DNA of 64,000 nt from Hyphochytrium catenoides (lineage: Eukaryota; Protista; Hyphochytriomycota), in the NCBI GenBank assembly GCA_900088475.1, contig FLMG01000761.1, forward strand, positions 62,001 through 126,000, given 5' to 3'. Below the pieces are notes generated by a model, which was not told the origin of the DNA, did not search any database, and saw nothing but the letters and a program-made list of their open reading frames with translations. Positions 13,296-27,060 of this stretch are shown in pieces. The position numbers and the translations under genes are program-made. How positions within the stretch are numbered: the first letter of the stretch is position 1; every line of letters begins with the position of its first letter.

Positions 13296-16200
13296 TCACA
13301 AGAGAGCCGTTGCAAAATTACTGATCAGCTCTTTATGGAGAAGAGAGACCCTTTCCGCCCTGATCAGAAATGACTGACATTTCTCTTCTAGTTCCGGGTC
13401 CACCCCCACTCCGCCCGGACCCGTTCGTAGTCTTTCTTTCTCTGTCAGGTACTTCTTAAGTGGAAGAGGGAACTCTCGCTCCCTACTCTTATCATAGGCG
13501 GCTACTCGTAACAGGTGGAAAGTGAAGTCGAAAGCTTCAAAGCGCCCTTCTTGCTTGAATAAGAAGAGAAGGGCAACGCCCGCCCAGAGGAAGCCATCTC
13601 CGAAGTAATCTTCCATAGGAGTTTCGTGAGCGGCTACCTTACTTTGAACTTCCATTCCAGAGCTAGCAGGTGAGCAGCTGTTTGAGTAGAAGAGAAACTG
13701 TATCAAGGTCAGTGCCTGAAGAGAAAGGAAGTGCTGCAAGCGGGAAGCTGTAGTATAGACTTGGGCCGTGGTCGTTCCACCGACAAGACAATTGGGGAAG
13801 CGCTGGCGCGAGGAAAGGCATTGGGATGGAGAGAGAGAGCATAGCAGAAGGAAGTGAATAATCGTATGTAAGATAGAATTGATAAGAACAAACATTGACG
13901 ATGCAGCTGAGGAGAATAAGAGCGAGAGGTCAGGAAGACAGCTCCAGACTCTAGTCCTACCTGCATGGCACTCCACACACGGTAGTATTCTGGGGTTTCC
14001 AGGATGGGGATCCCCTTGTCAAGAGAGAACGGTACTGTCCAGGTCTTCACAAGGCCCTCTTCAGCCAAGAAGGATGACAAGGATGCCAGAATAGAAGAGA
14101 GAGGATTGTAAGGTAAAGTCAGAAAGGCTTCTTTCTCTTCAAAGAGCTCCAAGAAGCACACAGACTGCCACGTGCTCTGAACAATTGTCGTCTGAGAATC
14201 TTTCTCCGTTCCTCTCCTGGACGGGGTCGACGAATGTTGGCTAGCACTGGACAAACCTCTTTCCGGCTCCGGTCCAGAGTGAAAGCTTCCGATTGTCTGG
14301 AGGTATTGGTCCAGACAGAATCCCAAAAGCGATAGGAAAGCAATGCTGTTGCCAACTTCCCTGCAGGGAAGATTGATCACAAAGAGATAATACGTAGGAA
14401 CAACAGGGAATCTATTGCTAGGCGACTCCATGGCGCTAAAGGTTTTAGCTTCTATTGACAATGCGACATTCCGCGTCTCTCTTAATTCTCTCTCCCTCTT
14501 CTCTTCTTATATCTTTCTGTCTCTCTTTCTCTCCGTCGCTCCGTCGCTCCTCCCTCCTCTTTTCTTTGTTCTTACATGAAACTTTGAAAGACCACGGGCT
14601 TGAGGTCGCGATACTCTAGGATTCCACGAAGCTTTGCCTCATAGAAGCCGAAGCAGCCACTTGCTCGATAAATGAACTTAGGCGGTGAAATGGGAGGGAT
14701 GGCGAGAGAAAGGGGACGCAAATACTCCGCAAAGAGCCCTTTAAGATGACCCTAGGAGAGAGACAGAGAGAGCGAAAAACAGAGCGCGTGAAGGTTGACA
14801 TTGCAAAAAATAGACATGGCTCTTGGGCACATGGTGTGCAGCGAGAAAATAAAGGGTCTAGAGCTTGAGGAGGAAGAGACCTGTTCTGGTTGAACGGCCG
14901 TAGCGATCGTGGACAAGATAGAAAATCATAGCTCTTAGAGATCAGTGACTCAGTCGAACAGTTGACGGAGGACAAAGGAAGACGAAGGTCTTTCATCTCG
15001 AGACCTACAGCTAGAAATACAGCTCGCAACGAGGAAGAGGAAGGATAGTGTTGGCAGAAGCGGAAAACGCGGATAAAAGGAGACAAGGGAAAGCCAAGTG
15101 CCTCACCTTCACAAACTCTTGGACGTCCTCTGCTATACAATGCAGCATTTGAAGCCCGAGTACCCTGATGAGGCTTCCAACGTGTTCTTTTCCAAAGAAC
15201 AATTGAAATGGCCTAAGGCGCAGATCGTATGCCCTAGCATACTCTTTCCCGAACAGAAGAACTCCAGAGAGGAGGTCCCGAGAGGACGTGGACCCGTTCA
15301 TGAAGAAGGGAGAGCAATTCTCTTCGTCTGCTCCCTCTCTTCCCTCGAAGTTCCTGCTCACGAAGCGCTGGCTGGCGTCGCTATACGCGAAATCGGCCAG
15401 CAGCTCTTGCCGAAGCTTCGAAGAACACGCTATAACAAGCCTGCCTCTCCCGGGATGGTTGGCAAGTGTTCGGTCATGGTCGATCTCAGCGAATATGGTT
15501 TCAAAGCTGTCCAAGGTTAAAACCTGAGATGAGAGAACCTGTCAGGAAGTCTTCCTCTGCCCCTTGGTTAACCTCAGTCTTATCCTCTAGGTCTTTCTCC
15601 TTTGATCGGCTATCGCATACCTATCTACCCATCACTGCCAGTAGCACAATCTTTTCTCTGTCTTTTCAAGTAGGCACTCACTCTCTACCTTCCCCTCTCT
15701 CTCTCTCCACAGTCCATACCTTGTTTAGTTCGCAGAGAGTCTCTCTCAATACCAATAGCAGGAGGTCAAGCTCAACGATGGCAGTGACTTCGCTCGCCTC
15801 GAATCGGTGGATTGCCGCCTCGAGATCGGTGCAGAATATGGCCCTTGCGTGCTCAGAGAAGAGCTCATGCAGGTCAATGGGGCGCCCGAGCAGCTAGATT
15901 GTAGAAGATGAGAAACAGTCAAACAAGAGCTATAGCCCGGATAGAAGATAAGTATAGTCGTAGGCCTCCCAAAAGATAGTGACAGCTCTTGATTAGTAGC
16001 AAAGAGATGGATTCAGTCAGACACAAAGAGAGACGGACAAGAGAGACAGAGATAAAGAAAGATAACCAAGTGCAAGCTGTGACCCACCCTAAAGGTCCGT
16101 CGCTGGAGTAGAGGTTCAAAGCTCCTCTGATAGACGGCACGGCCCCTACTTCCTTTCGCCAAGTTCAGACCATCAACTATGGACCCGGGAAGGCACCGCA

Positions 16201-19200
16201 GGGCAGCCATATCCTTGGTGTAGGAGTAGAGCTCATATGCTAGGAGAGCGACCACCTAAAGGAATGCGTTAGAAAGAAAGACTGATAGCTTAGCTCTAAA
16301 GATGATGGAGTTGGAACCCCCTGTCGAGTTGAACGGAGGTTAAGGGTCTAGAAGTCTAGGAAGCGTAAGGGTCTAAAAGGCAGCAGAGACAAACACGACT
16401 TTTAAAAATGGGACTAATAATATCGCGCACACAGGCCTACGTGAGCCTAGTCCAACTGTTCGCATAGTACGTCAACAATAAGAGACTATTAGACGTCGCA
16501 GGAAGCGGAAGCGTGGCTGGTGTAGGGATATGGGACCTGGTCAAAACATAGCGAAAATTCTCCCTCTATTTCCCGGTAGAGGTGTTTTCTTCTTAACTCT
16601 CTCAAGGCACTGTCTGCTGCATCGTTGTACAGCTCAAGGAGGAAAGTAAGGCAGTACAGAAGGTCTGGCGCCCGGTGCTGCCGCTGAGAGGGGGAGTGAT
16701 GGAAGGAAGAGAGGACGTGGAAGAGCAAGATATACGGAAGAGAAGACTCAATGGAGAACTGGACTTTCTTGGACATCTCAAGGTGGTATTCGCGAAACCA
16801 GAGAGCGTTGAAGTCCACGACCTGACGCAGCGGGAACATGAGTAAAGTTGGTAAGCTGTAGAGAAGGAGAGACTAGAATATATTGGGGGAAACTACTCCT
16901 ATTTCGACGCAGAACAGAGGTTCAAGGCAGAGGAGAAGAGAGCAAGGAGCAAAATGTGCAGGGCCCCAAAGGAACCCAAGAGGGCATAAGAAGAGGGAAG
17001 AGAGAGGCTACGGAGGTTTGTACCTGCATTATCACGTCCGGGAAGCGGAGCACGTGCTCGTAGAAGAAGGACGAGGAGTGAAGTGCGAGAAGCCACCCCT
17101 TCTCTTCGGAATCAAAGTCTTTCCTTTGAAACACTCCCTGCTTTTCTCCCTCTTGACACAAAAGCTCGAGCATCCCACGGAGAAGAAATAGTCGCGATGA
17201 GGAGGGAGATACTACCCGAATGGACTTGACAGGCTTTCTGTTCTGTCTCTCAGCCCTAACATCAGTAGAACGGATATCAGGACGGTTGCAAACTAATGCC
17301 ATAAACTCTAAGATTGCATAGTTTTCTTATGCTGAGGATGAATTTTCTGGCACGACTTATGACGCAAGTAGTGGCAAATACGCAGAAGCTGAAGGTCAGA
17401 GATCTGCAACTCTAGGCGAGGGAGTGCGAGATAGGTAGGTGGCTCAGCCAGAAGAACGAGAGCAAAGAGCAAAAAGAAAAGAAAAGAGGCATCAAGAGCC
17501 GAGCAATGGAGAAAGATCAAGCAGAGGCACACTGGCGGACTGAAGGGCAACATAGAGATAACAGAGAGACAACCTTGGGGCCTTGTAATCCTCAGCCAGA
17601 GAGGGAGAGCCATCCCGCCAGTCGGCTATCAAATTTCGAAGAGCGAGAAGCGGGACCTTGACTGGCCGTTTTCTCTTGTCTGCGCGGTGTAGAAGAGTAA
17701 CCAATTCTTGCTGAGAGAACTCCTGCAACTCCGAGTGTACAGCTATCTTGAGGAGAGGCAGGAGCTTTGGGTTGAGACAGGAAGACAAGAGGAATGGAAA
17801 TAGAGATGTTGTTAGGGTCAGTAGCTCTCCCGGATGGTAGCTAAAGATGACGAGATTAGATTAGAGCATCCCAGAAAGGTAAAGAAGAAGTTAAAGTTAA
17901 GAATGGGCCGCTCTGTCTGGGAGGAAGCAGCGGACTCGGAGTAAGCAAAGGAACCCGCCCAGAGAGCTATAAATAGCGGGCTTTGCGGAACATCGCCACA
18001 GGACGTGACAAGAGTAGAGCGCAGGTCCACAAGATAGCTTGGTACCTCTTCTTGTCTCTGCATCAGCAGCGCTCCGACACTCTTTGCCAGAGATATCATC
18101 TGAATAAGCACAGAGAGCTCTTCCTCGTCAAAGTTATATCGTTTGAGCCCATCGAACTGATTTGACTCCCTTGCTTCCTTCTCGTCTGTGTCATATTCGG
18201 GAGGGTTCTAATTAAGGTTGTTAGACTATCAGAGAGAACTAACCTCTCACAGTCAAGACAACACTCGCTATGAGCGGTAGATCGCAGCGGCGGAAGACTG
18301 AAGAGAGGTAGTCTAAGGCCGGAAAACCTAAGCCAGGATGGGTATCGCAGAACCATAAGGCAGAGGCTGAGATTGATGAGTGGGAAGTTGTGCTGCACCA
18401 CATAGGGAGAATACTGAGAGGAGAGATTGACTCTTATGTACTGTGTGGTTTGCAAGCAGCAGGAAATACAGAGGATGTTAAAGCTGACCTCAAGTTTCCA
18501 CGCCAGCAGCTCATGGATTATATTGTTCCAGCGGCTAAGGTGCCTTAGACCTTTCAGTACCAACTCATAGACAGCCTTTGGGGCCACACATTCCCAGGCC
18601 TGCTTGCCTTCACCCTTGCCACACAAGAGCTGTGCACATGCCGCACCCGGACGCGTCGGTGACATACACAAGAGGAAGAGAGAGACAGGTACAACTTAAA
18701 ATAGAGGAATAACAAGAAGTAGCTAGAAGGCGATGGGGACGCATAAGCTCGCCCAAGACAGAGCTTCATCTTGATATTTGGGAGCATGCCGTCTTTAGCC
18801 AAAAGACTAACATAGAAAGCAGTTGGCACCTCATTAAGAGAAGACTCCAAGTCTGCTAGGAAGGCCCGGCCTTCGAGCTGGATTGTAGTCCATTCCAGTT
18901 TGATATCGGGGCACGGCAGATTGTAGGCTTCAAGTTCTTGTGAAGACGGAGAGTAGGATTGTCAGATAGAGGAAATGACGGAGACATTGGAAGTATGACG
19001 TTGACCTGAGGTAAGTAGTTGTATGGTCGGAGTGGCTAAATTATTGTCAAGAGAGGTAGCGAAGGGCAGATAGGTAGGGAGAGATTGAGGGTCGAGAGGT
19101 AAGATAGACCTTGTATCCAGGAAACCTCAGACGAGACTGCATGCGGTATCCTTTGAAGTGCTGCTACCAGGCTGATGTTTACATCCTTGAACACTAGCAG

Positions 19201-21220
19201 ATATGGAGCTGCAGAGAGGACAAGGCGAACCTGGAGATATAATAACACCACGCAGATGGAGAAAAGGTGAGAAGTGAGACAGTTCCCGTTGGTGACTTAC
19301 TGCCGTTGTCATCGAGGTAAAACAGAGGCTACTGTGAAGGCTGCACTATGCTCAGGAAAAGCACTAAGCTCAGAAAGAAGGCATTGTTTGAGAGAAGCTA
19401 AAAAATCTGGCTACGTTATGCCGCGAAGGGTGATACAGGTGAGGAGAAAATCATGAGGTGGAGTCTATCACGTACTCGCTTCAGCGGAATCTGTTTGTCC
19501 TTGAAGACGTTTAATGGCTGCCTGGCATCGTGTTCCCGCTGAAGAAGATGCAGAGCAGCTGGCAGGGCCCGGAGGAGAGAGAGTCGTTCAGCCGGAAGGA
19601 TCCAGTAGCCCCTCTCAAGAGCATGAGTTGCTTCCTGGACCACCGCCAGGAGCACTTTCTCATGGCTGCAGCAAGGAAAAGCACAGTGGAGCGTCATGTT
19701 GGCTTTTCACTATGTTTTCTGAGCAAGTATAGAACCAAGTGGCATGGAGTCATGGATAGTGAAAAGAGACAGAAGTTGGAAAAAGGAAAGAACCAGGAGT
19801 GCAGATAAGGCCACTCAGTCAACAGATATGGCCTTACCCGGCTATGTTCTGTAGGTCAAGTCGGAGGTGGTTGAGCGCTGAGGCTACAGGAGCCCGTGGG
19901 TGGGCCAGGAAGGCCTGAAGCTCTAGAAAATCCCTCTCATGCATGGACGCTTGGTCTTCCACATCCTTTTCTTGCTGTTTGTGGAGCCTTTACAGGATGT
20001 TCCATGGTCAGGCCGATGTTTAGACGTAGGACCACTGTAGATTAACAGCTGGATAAGGTAGATCGAGTGGGGCAGCATGGGTGCTTCACAGAGTAGGAAA
20101 GTTAAGGTGAGCCTGAAGATAGCCAGGGCGCAAAAAGCACTAGATATTAAGAGATTACAAAGGGCGGGAACCTTGCTATGTCCGCCCATAGCCTGAAGAA
20201 ACGGTTTATAGACAAAGGAAAGCATCAAGCGGAAGATAACCTTTTGAGGAAAGCAAAGTCATTCTTCAGTCCCGGTTTTGCCTCTTTGACAACGTCGAGA
20301 CAAAAGAGTAGATCTATTGCTCTTATTAGGGCTCTGATAGACTGGCTTATGACACATATTCCTCCTGCCGTTCCTTCTTTGTCTGTTGCCAATAAGCGGA
20401 GGACGAACTGGCAGAGAAAAGAGGAGAAAGAGACCTGAAAAGTTGGGACGGCTTTGACTCTTTGCATCTCCTTCACAAGCACTAAGAAGGCAGCAAGACA
20501 TTAAGCGTGAGGATGTCAGCTGTTTCTGCAGACCTCAGGCAAGGGCGATGAAGAAAGCACTAAGGAGCACTCGCAAGCGTCTTGAGGAGAGAAACATGAG
20601 CAAACGAGCGAGATTACTGGAGGGGAGGGGATAGGTGGGAAAGGCGGAAGATCAGAGGGTTTGCCAAGGTACCTTCATAAAGGGCAGAATGGAATGCTTC
20701 CACGTCTTTTGGCCGTCTCTCTTGACATCTATAGGCGGCGGCCACGCAGCTCCTGTACGTGTACAGTGTCGCAATATGCCTCCAGCCTTCCTCCACCATC
20801 CTGAGACAGAAGATATTCAGAGCAAGAGAAGGATCAGATTTTAAGAAGGAAGATGAGGTACCAGACAACAGAGATCTAGAAAGGAACATCTCTTTGGTCA
20901 TTAGCCGAGAAGTGGAGGCTGCACAGATGGAGGGGAAGAGGTAATAGACGACCCAAGATGACTCCCACGCTCTCTTCCTCTGTCGACAATCAAAAGTAAT
21001 GTCTCCACACTCATCCATTCCTTCACGCTTCCATTTGATGTAGGTACCTGTCTAGCAATTGTATATCTGTGAGTAAATCAGACATCTGGGCATTCAAGGC
21101 TTGGCACTCCTGCAACACAGGAGGCTCACTCTCAGGACAAAAGCCTATGAGTGGAAGCTCTAACCCAGCGTCTGGCACCTCCCTTGCCAGTTGACCCCGT
21201 AGGTCGCGGAGTGAGTCCAT
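13296..21220 (-). CDS. CYFIP: CYFIP/Sra1/PIR121 (WAVE regulatory complex subunit), divergent, multi-exon
   Basis: ATLYTYRSC, KPGLKNDFAFLKR, LWFREYHLEMSKKVQFSIESSLPYIL, LELYNDAA..LRRKHLYREIEGEFSLCFDQ, LLGRPIDL, EYYRVWSAMQ, FGDGFLWAG..FEAFDF. The start codon at 21220 is tentative. Confidence 0.9.
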
Positions 21221-22245
21221 CCTTTCCTTGTGACGTGAATCTACCTCTCTACAGTCCCGAGCATAGCATGCCTAGGAAGACCCATGCAGCTCTTAAGGCG
21301 TCTCAGCAGCGCCTAGCGCACTGGACTTGTCTTCTCCGTTGGCCGGCTCATCACTTTATCACTGCGCTCATCGCTCGTCCCGCCTCCGCTCAGCGTCCAT
21401 CAACATCGTCGAAAGCTTCGTCTTCTGTCAAAGTGTATGTCTGTTCGTCCAAGCATCCTCCAGAAGCTAGAAAAGTATTGCTTCCCTAAATTTGCGACAA
21501 TCTTCGGATGGCTTGCAGTCGGTTGGGCAGCTAAAGTTCGCCTTGCAGGAATAGCGCTTTGAGATGGCCTTTGACAAGTGGTATATTTATTGTTAGCAAG
21601 CTCTAAATAAGACAATCAGAGGTCACTAACAATGGCCTTAGCTAATGATCGGATGGCAAGTAAAAGAAGAGCTATGTACCAGGAGGTTCAGGAGGTACAG
21701 CGTCCGATGACGAGAGGCATCAAGTGAACCAGTCGGGATGCCATCCGTAGGCGCAGCCACATTGCCTTGGAGGTCATCGTCTTCATCATAACAACTGTAG
21801 ATGCAGTAGTTCTATGAGGTGATATCATTAGGCTCTTTCTGCGCCGCCCAAGAATCAGCAACCGACCACAGGATAGGAAGACCCTTTGAGAGCCTTCACG
21901 CCATAGGCCATTCAGAAGACGTCAAGCAAATGCGCTTAAGCTTAGCTTCATCCGTCTTCTACTTATAGATTCTTCCTTGACAGCGATGACCGCTGTAATG
22001 CAGTAGCGGTCGGCAGTAGAATAAAATAGTACAACTCAAATTAGCAAAGAGCGGGCATTAAGGAAGATATGTAGCCAGCAAAGGTTGCCATGACCCTGGG
22101 ACCGGAGCTCCGTACGTCAAACAGTTGAAGAGCACGGTCAATATCGTCACGTTGGATGTTATCCGGCACTTCCCATCTGAGCAGCCATCGCGAAGTCCAT
22201 GGCACTTTGCAGTTGGACAGAGTTTCTTAGCACTCAACTGGTCAT

Positions 22246-22676
22246 CTAGAGACCTCCGGTCTGCTCCAAGACCACGTCAATCTGGTCCTGGTCTTCAAGT
22301 TCCAGCTAAATAGGGAGCATATTTAGCTTCCTCATACCGTGGAAGATGTAATGGACCAAGTCTTACCATTTTGGGCGTCGACTCTCCTTGAAGCCGTTCT
22401 CCGTCGAGCAAGAACCTGAGCGCCCCAACTTGTACGCCTTTTCTTTGGGCGTAGGCGTTAAATACCTTCTCCATCTTCGTCGTCCTCTTCACCTTGAAAA
22501 ATGTCTCTTCACCTGTCTGCACCGAGAGCGTGGTTTAGTGTTTATCAACTTGCCAAAGCCCGTCATCTACAAACAGAAGTCGTCGCGGTCCGCTGCATTA
22601 TGTGTAGTACCTGGTCCTTAACACGAATTGTGATAGTCTCACCGCCCTCCTTAGGCTTTACATCTCCTTCTGACAT
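22246..22676 (-). CDS. SUMO: SUMO (Smt3) precursor, 3 exons (22611-22676, 22367-22516, 22246-22305)
   Basis: Spliced product MSEGDVKPKEGGETITIRVKDQ|TGEETFFKVKRTTKMEKVFNAYAQRKGVQVGALRFLLDGERLQGESTPKM|LELEDQDQIDVVLEQTGG-L*, i.e. a di-glycine motif followed by a one-residue tail. Confidence 0.97.
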
Positions 22677-23171
22677 CTTGAAAGGCTAAGCTAATGAGAT
22701 GCTTGTCTAAGCTGTGAACTATCTGGTCTGGTAGTTAAAATAGGAACAGAGGCTGAAGATTAGTTCTGCGCCTTCTGTAGATCGCCTCCTTTCTCTATGA
22801 TGAAGAGTGCACCTTTCTACCGGCTGTCGGATCTTCAGTCTTCAGATTTCTGCAGTTCAGCCTGCCGCGAAACACATAATCCGCGCCATCAAACAGAGGT
22901 TTAAACAAAGCCCGCTATCCTGCTTCTTCAAAGTCTAAGGTATGCGGAATATTAAATTCATACCACACCCTTTAGGTAGATTACCATTGTTAGCAGGTTA
23001 GCGGACTTTGATGGTCGTATGAATTCACCCAGTTGTCGTCAACAGCTGCTTTCTTATGGCCATTACAATAGAAACGCTAGAATTAACCATCAGCTGTGGT
23101 CATCATGGTCTAAAGAGATCAGCTGGCGCTAATATGTAACAGTAATCATATAAGTGATTCTTCGCCACCGT

Positions 23172-23179
23172 TTTGGCGC
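23172..23179 (+). promoter_or_regulatory. Candidate E2F site TTTGGCGC upstream of WRNIP1/Mgs1
   Basis: Exact match to TTTSSCGC about 320 bp before the ATG of a replication-stress gene. It is a single short motif, so a chance match is possible. Confidence 0.35.
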
Positions 23180-23501
23180 GATCCGACGATCAGATGCGAA
23201 CCCAAGAAGCAAGATGGCGCGAAGCATGATCTACAGAGCTTCAAGGCGAAGGCAGACCCTCCTGCTGAGCATCATTGACTGATGAACGAGCGTATGACGG
23301 CCTGCCTCTTGAGCGCGCCACCTGGTGATGAGGATAAAAGTCACAGTACCGACGAACTTGCAGCCTGTATACTGGAAAGAAGAGCTCACTTACTCGTCAA
23401 CGAGTTTATATGAGTATGTCTTATTATGATGACGACCAAGGTGCACCTCCTGTTCTGCGGTGACTTGAGTGCACATTTCTTGCTGCACTTCCACAGCGAA
23501 T

Positions 23502-25979
23502 ATGAAGGAAGATAAGGCGATACAATGTCCTATCTGCCATAAGGCAGTGGACTCTGCTGACTTCATCAATCAGCACATAGATAGCGGTTGCAGCGTCTAT
23601 GTCTCTAGCCCTAGGGCTCTTGCGGGAGATGGAAGAGCTGGACGAGACCAGAAGAGATCAGTCCAATCCACCATGTTCGGAGGAGCTGCCTCAAGTACGG
23701 AGTTTAGCTTAGCTCGCCAGTCATCAATAGCAACCTACCGGTCGCCACCCCCGAAGCAGAGGATAGGTACTAGTTCTGTAGCAGATGTCACAGGAGCTCC
23801 GAGCTCCTCTCATTTACTGATGAAAGCTTCGCTGGACCGCAGATCTGCGAATGCAAGTATGATTGGTGTGAAAAGAACGGCGCAGGACCTCACATTGGAA
23901 AATGGGCCTGAAAAACGACGGGAAGGAGAATATGGTACTCCCTCTCCACCTTCAGCCTCCTCCTCCCACAGCCACGTACCGACGCCTGTTGGAATGTCTC
24001 CTCAAATTCCTCATAAACCGCAAGGTAGTCCTAAAGGCCATGTTCCTTTAGCCGACTTGGTGCGCCCCAAAGACCTTGAGTCCTTTTGTGGTCACACAGA
24101 GCTGGTCGGTGAGAAGAGCCTACTTCGTAGCTTAGTAGAGCAGCGTCGTCTCCCATCGATGATTCTATGGGGAACTCCAGGGTGTGGGAAGACGACCTTG
24201 GCCCGTATTATCGCCAAATCGCAGCAGACTTACTATCGAGAGTTCAGCGCCGTCATGCACTCCATCAACGACATCAAGAAGGTCGTTGAGGAGGCAAAGA
24301 ACCATCAGCGTCTGACCGGAAGAAAACCTATTCTATTTATTGATGAAGTGCATAGGTTCAACAAGGCACAACAAGGTAAAGTGAAATGATAGCGCCTCCT
24401 TTGTTCTCATACCTACGTCTATCTCCCATCCTGCATTTCCTTCCTCTTTCTCTTTCGCTGTTGACTCCCTATCTTCGCCGCAACAGTTTAGTTCCCTATT
24501 GACCCCTTTCTTCTCACTATCGCTACCTTTTCATAGTGATTAGCTCTTCTTAGATCCTCCATTTTTAACGAGTCTTCGCTTTGGCTGGTTGCTCATAGTG
24601 GACATCTAGCTTTCTAATGGCTCATACCATCAAGGGCTCTTTTCTTTACTCGTACTCTGAGCACTTTTCTTTAGCCATCTACCTCGCTAAAATCTTCTGC
24701 GCTCTCCGGGCCCTTCTTGTACCTTTCTCTGAGATCGCACTTTAAAGAGTGATCTTATCTTGGTCTTTTTTATCCTCAGACTTCTTTCTGCCTGGAATTG
24801 AAAGAGGGGAATACACTTTCGTCGGCGCCACAACCGAGAACCCCTCATTTCGTATCAACTCTGCGCTTCTTAGCCGCTGCCAGGTCTTCGTCCTATCAAA
24901 GTTGCAGCCGCCAGAGCTTCTCGCTCTCTTGCGACGTGCCTTAAATGTGTACAACGACACCTATAACGGACCGAACACCGGTTGTCCCCGCCTAATAGTA
25001 AAGGACAACCACCTAGAAAAGATATCCTCTCTCTGCGATGGAGACGCCAGGTCTGCCATTAACATGCTTGAGCTAGTGCTTGAGTCTGGCCGTGCGGCGA
25101 GAGGAAGGAGAAAGGAGGGAGAGAGAAAGGAGGAAGACGCGGAAGAAGTGGACGAAGCCACAGTGCTTCAGGCCCTTCAGAAGACCCATCTTCTTTACGA
25201 TCAGGCTGGAGAAGAACATTATAACATCATTTCCGCTCTGCATAAGAGCATGAGAGGAAGTGATCCAGACGCCTCACTTTACTGGCTGGGGAGGATGCTC
25301 TATGCTGGGGAGGATCCGCTCTACGTAGCGAGGAGGCTAGTTAGATTTGCCAGTGAGGACATCGGAATGGCTGATAGCAGGGCGCTTCCTCTCGCGGTCT
25401 CTGCCTATCAAGGTAAGGTCACTCACCACACTTTTTTTCTTTCGGTTGCCCTTTGGGTCGAAGGGCGTCTGTTTATGCTGTTACTAGGTATAAAGCGTCG
25501 AAGGTAGCACATCAGTTCATGCTTGCTGCACACTTTCAGCCGCTGAAGAACTGCGCGTTGTGGTCGGTGGTGGTGGTGGTCGTTGTGGTGGTTGGGGAGG
25601 GGAGGGAGAGAAGCGGAGGACGATTGGGAAGGGATGGGGCAACGCTTTCAGTCCTGACACCTGCCTTCTTGTCCAACCTCCAGCCTGCCATTTCATTGGG
25701 ATGCCAGAGTGCGATGTCATTTTGGGCCATTGTGCCGTTTATCTGGCTCGGGCGCCCAAGAGCGTGGAAATATATCGCGCGATGAAGAAAGTAAAGCAAA
25801 CCATAGAGACAGGAACGGCTTATCCTGTCCCATTGCACTTGAGAAACGCTCCCACGGCTCTGATGGCTCAGGCAGGCTACGGAAAGGGTTACAAGTACAA
25901 CCCAGACTACAAGCCAGAAGAGCTTGCAGACCAGGAGTATCTCCCTATGGAGATGAGAGGATGGAAGTGCTTTGATTGA
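23502..25979 (+). CDS. WRNIP1: WRNIP1/Mgs1/RarA AAA+ ATPase with N-terminal UBZ zinc finger; 3 exons (23502-24375, 24780-25412, 25684-25979), about 600 aa
   Basis: [26 protein letters not shown], Walker [11 protein letters not shown], Walker [14 protein letters not shown]|[63 protein letters not shown]. Exon phases are consistent. Confidence 0.96.
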
Positions 25980-26380
25980 GCCTTCCCTTCCCCAAATTTT
26001 GTCGCAATCTAAGCCCTATGAGGTTCCACTTTATGCGGAGGCTGGCGCGTAACGTCAGCAAGGCGCACTCCTATAGCCTTTCTGTGCTGCAACCTGTGAA
26101 CTACAACTATTATCTGCTGCTAGGGCCTATCGAGCAGCAGCAAGCAACAGCTACTAGGTGGCTGGATGCTATTCCTTTCTTTGGCACAACTAATAAGTGA
26201 ATCTTCTCAGCTGTCATCTGGGTGTTAGTGTACACTATGCCCATAAAGGAGGGACCTGGAGCCGTCTCACAAAAGCCATGATTGTAAAATGGCGAGAGAG
26301 CTGACTAGTACCGCGCTTCCTCTTGTGTGTGAGCTTGAGGCCATCATGGCATTGCATGCTACCTTTACTGAGATAACCAG

Positions 26381-27060
26381 CTATGTGATGTGGTCCGCCC
26401 TTGTTTGACTACTAATGAGAGAAGAAGCGGCTAGTAGTCCGAGCCGAGTCGTTCTGGATTCATAAATGATGCTCACGGATCGACTTCTCCCAATGGCTAC
26501 GACAGTAGAGGGCTCCTCCCTACCTATGTATAGTCGGCCTGGAGTTGCCATTGCTCTTGTCGACTCTCTTCTATTCCCCGCCTTCGCATTGATAGCTGGT
26601 AGTGCTTGACTGATCCAAACGCCGCAGCATTTTACCGTCCTGCTTTTTTGCATCGGTACCCTGTCCTAACCCTCTAGTCCTAAAGGTAGCTAGCAAATGC
26701 CTCGCCGGGGGCTCTACTTGCACTTTCAGAGTCCATTATGAAGTAGCAGATCTGAGATGAAGCAGCACCCATCTCTCCTATCATGGCCAGCAACTGACGC
26801 TGCAACTCGGTCATCGTGCTAAAGAGGAAAGGATGACGGCAGTGAGGCCCGGTGCACCGAGAGGATGGGAAGTCGCCCATCAATAATCACTTCTGCCCCT
26901 AATCTGTTTATTATGCTGCTGCTATAAATGCTGCAGACGGAGCCTCTCATTGTCTGATTTTGTGGACTTCTGTTTGTGGGCATCAAGCTGGAATGCTCCG
27001 ACGTTCTATTAAAAAGAACTTGTCCTCGCTTTGATCTCAATACCAAGCTCAGTTTTTTAT
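26381..27060 (-). mobile_element. Possible decayed hAT-family (DUF659-like) transposase fragment
   Basis: Broken minus-strand frames read SSSIINRL..IIDG, then TMTELQRQLLAMIGEMG..ICYFIMDSESASRAPGE, then VKCCGVWISQAL. The order loosely resembles the hAT core (SIINF..HT.E.I...I.EVG..VTDN..NM.AA..CAAH.LNL). Stops and frameshifts are present; no TIRs identified. Confidence 0.25.

Noticed and set aside
25560-25640. G-rich intron in WRNIP1 with G-quadruplex potential
   Set aside because: Low-complexity GGT/GGGA runs are expected in this repeat-rich genome, and nothing supports a function.
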